Shown piece after piece: positions 53,730-64,000 of a DNA stretch of 64,000 bases. The notes under the pieces were generated by a model. It was not told where the DNA came from, made no database searches, and saw only the letters and a program-made list of their open reading frames with translations. Source of the DNA: Octopus sinensis (taxonomy: Eukaryota); NCBI RefSeq assembly GCF_006345805.1, contig NC_043000.1, forward strand, positions 84,692,001 through 84,756,000, written 5' to 3'. A program made the position numbers and the translations under genes. The stretch's first letter is position 1, and each line of letters starts with the position of its first letter.

Positions 53730-54670
53730 TAAGGAAAAGAATCTAAAAATGCAGGAGTCTTTTAAAAGTATTTATTAACTTAACCGGTTTCACTTAATTA
53801 CAAAGATCTTCAAAAGTAAAGTGTCAGGTCTTGTGTATCCTTTATGGTGTCAAAAATTAGTTTACAAGAATGTATTCGAATCAAGTGATAGAGTCTTTGA
53901 CAATGATAAGAAAAGTTTTGAGGCTTTGTGTATCCTCTGCGATGAGTCACATATGACTGTGATGAGTTATAAAACAGTTTACATTCAGATCAGGGAATAT
54001 TCTTTTTATAATGCTAAGATCAAAATTAGTTTACATGAATATAACCCGATCAAGTAATAGACTATTTGATGCAAGACCCTTAAAAGCCAGATGCAAGAAT
54101 TTTAGAAACCAAATGCAAGACCCTTAGAAGCCAAATCCGCAACTTTAAATGGTCTGTTACATATTTTATCTTCTTGTCAAAGACTCTATCACATGATCGG
54201 GATATATTCATGAAAACTAATTTTGATCTTATCATTATAAAAAATGTTATTACCTGATCTGAATGTTTTTATGTAAACTATTTCTTGACTCATCACAGAG
54301 GATACACATATTTTATTTCCTTGTCAAAAACACAATTACTTGATCGGGATATATATAGTCTTGTAAACTATTTTTTTTCTTCCTATCATTATATAAAACA
54401 ATTTTATTACCTGATCTGAATGTTTTTATGTAAACTATTTTATGACTCATCACAGAGGATACGCAAAGCCTCAAAACTTTTCTTATCATTAAAGCCTCAA
54501 AACTTTTCTTATCACTTAAATTGAATACATTTTTGTAAACTAACTTTGGACACGACAGAGGATACACAAAACCTCACACTTTACTATCGAAAATCTTTGA
54601 AAATAAGTGAAACTGATTAAGTTAATAAATAATTTCATAAGACTCTTGCATTTTCAGACTCTTTCCCTTA
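53730..54670. mobile_element. Foldback/MITE with long imperfect TIRs and TA flanks
   Basis: TA|TAAGGAAAAGAATCTAAAAATGC ... GCATTTTCAGACTCTTTCCCTTA|TA. Roughly 300 bp of inverted similarity with internal subrepeats. Confidence 0.8.
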
Positions 54671-54708
54671 TATGTTTACTCGTGCGGTAACCCTCAAATT
54701 ACTTTGTT

Positions 54709-54795
<87 letters not shown>

Positions 54796-55654
54796 TCCGA
54801 GTTTGTATGATTGTGAATAGAAGAATATATCAATAAAATTCCATCTTAGTCTGATTTCCACGTTTTATTATTTGCAATTTTTACAATTTTACAATTTTAC
54901 GATATGGGTTCGTCAGATTTATGACAGTCATGTTGACAACTGTACTGGACCCAAGCAGGCTGAATTTTACGAACTGTATTTTGACCAATCAGAATGTTGC
55001 TTAGATGTCGCGGTTTGGTGAGCGCGCCAACTAAATTCTAACTGTATTTCGACCAATCAGTATGTGGCTTAGCCGTCACGGTTCGGTGGACACGCCAAGG
55101 ATTCTTTACTTTGACCGCACCTAAAGGAATACTTGTTTGGCTATATTTGGGAATGTAGTAAAGAACATTACTGTTTTCATTGAATTCTATTGTTACCATT
55201 CCAGAAATTTTTACATTTCAAGCGAGTCAATGTTCAAATGGTCGCCATCACCTTTATTTCTTGTGGTGGCGGTGGTAGCAGTAGTAATAGTAGTGGTTAG
55301 AGCGTCGAGCTTACGATCGTGAGGTTGTGAGTTCGAATCCCAGACCGAGCTGCGTGTTGTGTTCTTGAGCAAGACACTTTATTTCACGTTGCTCCAGTTC
55401 ACGCAGCTGTAGAAATGAGTTGAGACGTCACAGGTGCCAAGCTGTCACTGAAAGTTCACTTCTTGATGATCTTAAAAGAAGTTTCTTCCATCTAAATTAG
55501 GAATCATGGTCAATGGGTCTAATACTTGAACGCCTACCAAACACTTGGAGGCAGGGCTTGATGATGCTTACATCTACATTTTATGTGACATATTGAATAT
55601 CTCATGAAAAAGTAGCCGTGCAACAAATGTAAAGTAGTCAACTTTCTCCAACCA

Positions 55655-55870
55655 TTGATTTCAAATCTTGGCACAAGGTGAACAATTTCGGGGAGGAGGT
55701 ATGTCGATTACATTGACCCCAGTGTACAAACTATTGCTTATTTTATCGACCCCGAAAAGATGAAAGGCAAAGTCGACCTAAGCGAAATTTGAACTCAGAA
55801 CGTAAAGACAGACGAAATACTACTAAGCATATTTCGCCCGGCGTGCTAACGATTCTGCCATCTCACCGTC
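55655..55870 (-). mobile_element. SINE family A
   Basis: Reverse-complement body and head. Confidence 0.85.
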
Positions 55871-55899
55871 TCACTTTTTCCAAATATTAATGTCATTAG

Positions 55900-56130
55900 A
55901 AAAAGGTGCATATGTTCTGTAGGACACTGTTGAGGAGCTAATCAGGAACTCGTTAGTGATGCATATTTGTATACAGCACAGACCGTCCAGCAAAGACCTT
56001 CTTCAACCAGCTGTGTATGAACACAGGATATAACCTTGCCGATCTCGTGAATGCTATGCAGTATCTGGACGAGTGGAGTGATCGAGTTGAGAAAATCCGA
56101 AGAAGTTCAACCACATGATGCTGTACTACA
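55900..56130 (+). mobile_element. RTE/RTEX-like LINE C-terminal remnant
   Basis: PAKTFFNQLCMNTGYNLADLVNAMQYLDEWSDRVEKIRRSSTT* resembles RP..T...QL..DTG..DL...M.DR..W..RV..IR. Confidence 0.65.
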
Positions 56131-56547
56131 GAACATTACTCTAGATTTTCACAAATACTGTATGTAATAGAAACATTCAAACATTTTGTATTTATCCTGT
56201 GAGAGAAAATTTGAACGAAGTGTTGGTATTTCTGAAACAACTTATTACCCTTATTATTTGCCTACAGAAACATACTTTTATACATCCAGTATTACTAACG
56301 CCCTTAGTAGAACAGACCGATTCATACATCATTGTTTTGTTTCCTTTTTTTTTTTCTTAACAGCAGAAAGTTTCATTAATAAGTTGCTCGTGCATTAACT
56401 GTGTTTTATCTCAAAGCTGTACTGATACGTATTAACCAACCCTGTATTTAAATGATGATATTGTATATAAAGACTAAGTGTTTACATGGTGTCTAGCAAA
56501 ATATAGCATTCGACCAAAACACTATTAACGCACCAGTAGTTTACATA

Positions 56548-57045
<498 letters not shown>

Positions 57046-58191
57046 TTCATTTATTTATGTACATACGTATTATATTTAGACATTTATGCAAACACACACG
57101 TACTAATAGTAAGGTCTTCCATTAAATTCACCAGTTTCTGTAGATAACAATGTAATATATTATAACGGTTGAATCAATACTTCTGAATGCAACGATCAAG
57201 TGAATTCATGGCATGAACAACTGCAGTAATAAAACCAACAAGTAGTCCATAGTGTCCTAGTGGAAAAAAAACAAGCTGTTTCGAAAGGAATAGTTCAAAT
57301 ACTTAATGTGGAGTATCGAAATAGAATATCGAGAGACCTTGAGGCATAAATTGACATTCACTTGAAGCATGCAAATACTGGAACCATTCCAAACACTACA
57401 CTACAAGAATACAATACTCTACTAAGTTATATCTCGAGGCTATCACACGCTATATATAATATTTCGTCTATCAATATTCCATAAAACAGTTTACTACTAT
57501 AATAACAACAACAGCAACAACAACAACAACAACAATTGTTACGACAGCTGAAAGAAGCCTGCTCATAAAAATGCTAGAAATATCAGATAACGCTAAACCT
57601 TTGGCTTTAAACTACTTTGAAAATATGTTTGAGTGATCTTAGGCTTTTAGGTAAACGTCAGTGTATGCAGCTCAAAGATATTTGATCAGTTTGAAAAGGT
57701 TGATAAATATAGTAAGTATAGTCCATTTAATACCTTTGAGAAACGAGAATAGTATTCATGGTTGATTTTCTTTTGCCGTATCTTCAAGCAGATAGTGAAC
57801 AACTGGCAGAATGGTATAGAAGGATTAAATATATTTTAAAACGTATTCGATTTTCCAATTTGCTTGTTGTTGAGGAATGGATTAAGTAAATACAGGGATC
57901 GAGAAGCACGCGTTACAACGAATACGTATACACGCGCGCACTTGCATGTGTGTGTATATGTATGTATGGGGATTTTGCTTTAAATATACTAATGGTAGTA
58001 TTATGATATATTCTTAACTGAAATCAAATAGGGAATATAGAATAAGAAATAAAGAATTTCATTTATTCATATGAAATTTCATAAACGAATCTTTAAAACT
58101 AAAAACAAATAGAAATTAAAATAAGTTCAATGTGACTTTATTTACATTATTTACATTTGACGGATATTTGTCCTCATCTCGTTTGTTGTTA

Positions 58192-58235
58192 ACACAACGT
58201 TTCGGCTGATATCCCCTCCAGCTTTCTTCAGGTGT
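58192..58235 (-). ncRNA. Minimal type I hammerhead (decayed stem II base)
   Basis: ACAC-CTGAAGA-A-AGCTG(GAGGGGATAT)CAGCC-GAA-ACGT-T-GTGT. Confidence 0.65.
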
Positions 58236-59792
58236 CTTGGGGAAATTTCGAACCTGAGTTCTCATTCCTAAGGTATTCTTCGATGTTATTATTATTAAGT
58301 TCAATGTGAGTTCGAATTTCAATACAAGAATCAACTCAACCCAACTTTTTTTTTATTTTAGAATGTTTTAAAAGGTTTCTGCATTTCAAAATCTGTTTTT
58401 ACCTATTTAGAATTCTGATTCCAGATCGAAAAGCTAAGAAAAACAAATACAAAATGAAAATTTGAATCGCGTTTCATAGCCGTTTGAAGGAGTTGATAAT
58501 ACTACTATATTTAAGGATATTAGGAATAGCAATGGCTTCGTAGGGATTTGTATCGTTTTCCAACAGATTTGGATAGTATTTGAGAGTAATTCTTAGATTT
58601 GCCATTTCTAACCACTACCTTCCGTATTCCGTGATCATTGAAAATCTCTTTTAAATTGGTTTCTTATTATTAATAACTTTTAAAATGCCTTGGCAGTGTC
58701 TATTATTCTATGTTAGGAAACTGGATGATCAAATGAAATGTTCGCCAGAGTTCAGTTCTGAGATATATAGGTTATACATGTACTGGCTTCAAAATAATGG
58801 CTTGTTTCATGATGAATTATTATTACACTTCAGTAAAATTGAAAAATAGAAGGATGGTGATAAGTATTTGGTTATTTAAACCACCATCAGGATTACAGTA
58901 TATTTCAAAATAAGATTCAAGTTTTGCTGTTTTTCGTTTTCTTATGTTTTTGGTTTTCTTTCTTGTGTTGCCGAGACGTAGAAAAGATAAATATCGAAAT
59001 GGAGTGCAATGCCAGTCTGTAACGTCCAGTGGGCACTACCTATGAGGAAATAGATAATCGGAATACATTTTTCATTAAAGATAGAAGTTGTGGCCGTTGT
59101 GCTTTTCGTTTTTATTTTTTTATAAAGAGATATTTAAGATTTAAAATATTGTTTTCGTTTTAAGAAAATTATTGTAGGAGATCAAGGGAGATAATATCTC
59201 TTGTTCACGTGAAGCTTTTCTTTTTCTTAGACGAATTTATAAGTGGCCTGTACCTTTGACACAAAGAAGAAACAAGAGGAAGCATCGACCCATTCTCAGT
59301 AAAGAACAACAACCAAACCTACTTTGAATCTTACATTACTATCTTCAGACAAAGCGGATGCATTGAATAGTGTAGTCCTATATACGCAATGATTGTAAAA
59401 AGATAGTATTGTTACTAATAGAAAATGTTTGATCATAGACCTGTATTAACAGGGATTACTCAGTGTTAAAGTACAGCAACAACAATGCGAAAAAAATTAG
59501 CCATCACAAAAGAATAAGAACAAGCGTAACGATCAGAATTGCATGTAAATCGCGTGGCCTAATGATTAGGAGGGTTCAGATCAACCGATGGCTAACTGTA
59601 CTTTGTAACTCTTAACATACTTTTAATACTTTCTTCTTGTCTTTCTGTTTCTCGTTGATTAAACAGTAAAACTCACCGAGTAACAAATTTTTTATTTTAT
59701 TTTATTTTATCTTTGGTCTGTGAGTCTTATTTCCTACTTGTTTCTCTTCAAACTTACTTTTGTGACCTAGGCATCAATGTTATGAAACTGAC

Positions 59793-60006
59793 CTATTTTC
59801 CATTACACAACAGACAAGTTCAGCGCAGACTTGCTGAAGCAGGAATTTCGTTATAGCAAATGTTTTGCTCAATATCACAGATTTGGTTCTCAGATGTTTA
59901 CTTAACCACTTGAGCATGTCTCTTTGTGGCTGACTGACAATGCGTGCATCTCCGATCGTCAGCAGGAATAGTGGGGGAACGTCATAGACATGAGTTGAGG
60001 AGGTTT
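59793..60006 (-). CDS. Candidate internal exon of an unidentified host gene
   Basis: Pyrimidine tract plus CTAAC plus AG acceptor, 70 open codons (TSSTHVYDVPPLFLLTIGDARIVSQPQRDMLKWLSKHLRTKSVILSKTFAITKFLLQQVCAELVCCVMEN), AG|GTCAGT donor. GC content is above the flanks. No homology recognised. Confidence 0.3.
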
Positions 60007-60929
60007 CTTTGGGGTTAGAATAAATGTAAGAAAAGCAAATTTTGATGGAAATATTAGCCATGTTTCATACTTTCTGTGAGAAAACAAATAAGAAATCGTG
60101 GTATCCGGTATTATTAGTCATCACGTGACAGAACAATCTATATTACATTCCACACAGCTTGACAATGTGATCGCTATTTGATTAGTTGTTTCGATTGTTT
60201 CATAAAATAAATACGAAATAATTATTTCCCTCAACCCCTGGGGAATACAATTTTAGGAATTCGATTTTGCTTTGTTGTTTTTGTTGTTGTTTTGTTAGAA
60301 TATTAAATACGTTTATATATGCACGTGCGCACATATACAAATACTTACACATTCATTCACATATATCTGCATGCACTTAGACACACAAATAAATACATAC
60401 ATATGTAAGAATAATTTAACACAAGGATGGAGGATAAGAGGCCTTTATAGTAGATCACAACATTTTTTTCTGCACCGCACACATGCTTTAAGTTGCTGAG
60501 TTTTATGTTTTTATACCACTACAGAAGATCATTCTTCATAATTATTTGAATATTTTAATTAATCGTATTCCACCCGATGAAACGGCCACACATGGATGTT
60601 GCTGAAAAATATTCAAATAATTATAAAGAATGAACTTATATAATGGTACATGAATATAAACTGAGCAACTTAAAGCTGGTATCCGATAAAGAAACAAATG
60701 TCGGTATCTACTATTACAGCCTCATATCCTCTATCCTCGTGTTATATTATTCTTGTATTATGAGTTCAACGTGTATATCCAGCCCTAGAATATACCCTAC
60801 GGTAGGATAACATGTGGTAGCCAAATAACGACGTAAGACCTCTTGAATGCACTTTATGAGGTTTTTACACAAACTCTACTGGACACATACATGCATACTC
60901 ACACACACACACACATACATATAGACGCA

Positions 60930-61083
60930 GGCGTAGCTGTGTGGTAAGAAGCTTGCTTCCCAACCACATGGTTTCAGGTTCAGTCCCACTGCGTGGCACC
61001 TTGGCTCAGTGTATTCTACTATACCCTCGGGCCGACCAAAACCTTGTTAGTGGATTTGGTAGACAGAAACTTAAAGAAGCCTG

Positions 61084-61125
<42 letters not shown>

Positions 61126-61405
61126 GCGTGTCTGTCTGTCTGTGTCTGTGTACATATGTCAGCGTGTCTTTGTGCCTGTGTGTGTCCCGCCGCCACTACC
61201 ACTGCCTCTATCACCGCTTGACAATCGGTGCTTGTGTGTTTACATCCCCGTAACTTAACGGTTCGGTTAAAAGAGAACAATAGAATAAGTACTAGACTTT
61301 AAAGAGAAAATAATTACTGGGGTCGATTAATTCAACTACAATATCATGGCAGTGCCCCAGCATGGTCGCAGTCTAATGACTAAAGCAAGTAAAAGAATAA
61401 AAGGA
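60930..61405 (+). mobile_element. tRNA-derived SINE family B, near full length with internal (TG)n
   Basis: GGCGTAGCTGTGTGGTAAG A box, GGTTCAGTCCC B box, and 3' CAGCATGGTCGCAGTCTAATGAC..AAAAGAATAAAAG. Confidence 0.85.
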
Positions 61406-62549
61406 TGTGTGTTTGTATATGTGTATACGCACACATACCTCACATACGACGTGCAAATACACACAAAACACGCACATCACATACCAACTCACACGTCTAT
61501 GTTTGTGCCTATACGTAGAAACACATACATACATACATACATATATACGCATGCATACATACATGCATGCATACGTACATAAATACATACATACACACAT
61601 ATGCATGACTACATATATATATATCCATTCATGTGTGTCTGCTTGTGTGTTACTAGACAACTTGCACCCTAACATATAATATCTACCACATTTTCATAGC
61701 AAAACTGGATTACAATCTAGAGTCTTCCAAATGATTAAATCTAAATGTGAAATACTCCAAAAATTATAGGAAACTATTTCTTATATCAATTTAGAGTGCC
61801 TATCAAATAAATAGCTATTTTCCGAAAACTCCATATTAAATATACAATTTTCAACTGATTGAAACACATCCTACATTTTAAGAAGGGTGACATAGATATA
61901 TAAAACTGCAATAATAAGCTTTTATGGCTATTGTTTCTAAAGACTGAATTATCAAGAAGAAAGCTCTGATTTCTAACTGCTCAACATCAAAGGAATTTAT
62001 AGTAGATGTTCCGATGCTCGACTAAATAAGTACCTCCCTGTGTTGATTTAACTGACTGATCTTTTACCCAAGAAGGTGGGACGCTGTACCTTCAGTGGAA
62101 AGCATTAGTATCTAATTTTGTGTTTGGATCACTTGGAAAGACAAGTAAGTTATAAGGCAAAAATACTCGGGTTTTAATGAGTTCGATTCGACAGGGAAAG
62201 CTCTGTGGCTTAACTGCGGAGCCTATTGGCACCACAAGTCTGAATGCACAAATGGCAATTAACCTATCCTCAGACACACATGCACACTATATCAGCATTT
62301 TGCCTAATATATATGTGTGTGTATGTATGTATGTTTGTATGTATGTACGTTGTTGCGTATGAATATATATGAGTGCGTATGCATGTGTAATACACAACAT
62401 AAGAGAAGTGAAACAAGAGATATTTTATGCAATTTGTTGATAGCTGTTTCGTATTCTGCGTCCAGTTACATCGGCAACGCTAAAACTCGGAGAGTTAATG
62501 TGAACTCTATTTAATCGTTGAATCCTTATTCTTGTTGTTTTATATGTCA

Positions 62550-62596
<47 letters not shown>

Positions 62597-63105
62597 AAAA
62601 TAGTAAAAAGTGAAAAAACTACAGAAGGCTTGTTTTAAAAGGTTAAAAAATATATATTTGAGTCAATATGTCTGAAGAATATTATAAATTTTTTTCTTAC
62701 AATGACATAGTTTAGAAGAAATGACCGGTTCCGCGTTCAGCTTTTCAAATTTCTTACATCGTTATGTTTATGTTGAGAAGAGTTATCGTTATGTTTATGT
62801 TGAGAAGAGTTCTAGATAAGGGGAGGTAATAAGTGATTTCTTCCGGTGTAAGGGAGATAATCGCTTAAAATTTTTTGTCTTTCCTTTGGAGTGAATTTCT
62901 CTGTATAAGTATGTTGGAATGGTTAAGTCTGGGCTTGTACTTTTCAATGAAGAATGTTTCCTTGTTTAGTCTAATTCTTCTAAACTATGTCATTGTAAGA
63001 AAAAAATTTATCATATTCTTCAGACATATTGACTCAAATATATATTTTTTAACCTTTTAAAACAAGCCTTCTGTAGTTTTTTCACTTTTCACTATTTTCT
63101 ATATA
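62597..63105 (-). mobile_element. PLE 3' end (GIY-YIG C-terminus plus HHR) with inverted arm, inside (TA)n
   Basis: Minus RIRLNKETFFIEKYKPRLN at about 62915-62985. About 62597-62718 is inverted relative to about 62975-63100. Confidence 0.7.
62716..62755 (-). ncRNA. Minimal hammerhead, U3-A8 core variant, A13G decay
   Basis: AAGAAAT-TTGAAAA-GC(TGAAC)GC-GGA-ACCGGT-C-ATTTCTT. Stem I is 7 bp. Confidence 0.6.
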
Positions 63106-63139
63106 TTCAACCACGTGCTTTCACAAACCAACTTTCTCA

Positions 63140-63256
<117 letters not shown>

Positions 63257-63522
63257 ATGTATGTATATATCAGTTGAGATTTGGTTTGTAAGGTTCTCTA
63301 TCTGAGTTCGTGTGTTGAAGCATATTATGTTGTGCCTGGGGAGTGTCATTCTCTTTTAGTGTCTTATTATTTAACACACTCACCGTTTAGTTTCCACCCA
63401 TTTACTTATATATATATATATATATATATATGTATAAGGGTGGAAAGGAACACACGAGTTGATATATATGAAAAAACAAGTCAAAAATAGAAAATGCTAA
63501 GATAATTTTATAGTGAATCTTT

Positions 63523-63560
63523 CAGTACCGGTTTCGGTCATTTTGAGACCTTTTCAACTG
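63523..63560 (-). ncRNA. Minimal hammerhead, U3-A8 core variant, otherwise intact
   Basis: CAG-TTGAAAA-GGTC(TCAAAAT)GACC-GAA-ACCGGT-A-CTG. GUA site. Confidence 0.72.
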
Positions 63561-63624
63561 TAACGATTAAATAATTAATTTAGAAAAATTAGAAGAAAAG
63601 GTTTTTTAAAAGAATATTTCTGTA

Positions 63625-63890
63625 GTAGTGTTCAGATATAAGTAGCATTCTGCCTTTCTCTGACTCCCTTGTTTGCACTTGTGTGTTCGAGGTCGTTTTG
63701 AGTTCTTGGTAGGATAGGTGAAGAATAAGGAGGCTGATGTGGAGAGGGGGTGGGGAAATCTGGGAATGCCTTAATGGTCGTATTTTGAATGGTCAGTGGC
63801 TGACAGTAGTCGCAGTTCAATTCAGGAATTGTTTATGGAATTTGCGTAGGCGTTATACTGAAAGACATTAGTGACAAGGTTAAGGGGTGG
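63625..63890 (-). mobile_element. PLE RT-endonuclease linker remnant
   Basis: TIKAFPDFPTPSPHQPPYSSPILPRTQ resembles the PLE linker F...P....RQP.NL..IL. Confidence 0.5.
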
Positions 63891-64000
63891 AAGGTGGAGA
63901 AGTAGAAGAAGAAGAAGATGACGATGTTGATGATGATGATGATGATGAAGAAGAAGAAGAAGAAGAAGAAGAAGAAGAAGGAGAAGGAGAAGATGGTGGT

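Noticed and set aside
53937-53970. GATGA-GTCA/TGAC hairpin inside the MITE
   Set aside because: No GAAA or stem III.
60570-60700. CCGATGA ... GAAACAAATGTC
   Set aside because: Stems I and II do not pair convincingly.

Overview
AT-rich, microsatellite-saturated eukaryotic DNA, most likely intronic or intergenic. The SINE families resemble cephalopod (Octopus-type) repeats; that taxon call is an inference. Nearly all ORFs in the supplied track are translations of (TA)n, (CA)n, (TATG)n, (TAGA)n or (ATT)n. No intact host gene, rRNA, tRNA gene or CRISPR array is supported. Recognisable content is decayed mobile DNA: five R4/Dong-like restriction-endonuclease LINE fragments, RTE and Tx1/L1-like pieces, a LINE ORF1/ORF2 junction with a CCCH finger, a Helitron Rep remnant, two mariner remnants and one DD37D remnant, a TA-flanked foldback/MITE, many tRNA-derived SINEs, and Penelope-like element (PLE) remnants. 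The main hidden signal is about 14 type I hammerhead ribozyme (HHR) or HHR-like folds from several sequence families. They sit mostly in PLE-type tandem or inverted repeats next to (TA)n. They include canonical tandem copies, three copies with a compensatory U3-A8 core (UUGAAAA), and a family with a CUGUGGA core. All folds were paired by eye; none has been computed or tested. A few weak exon candidates of an unidentified host gene are noted.
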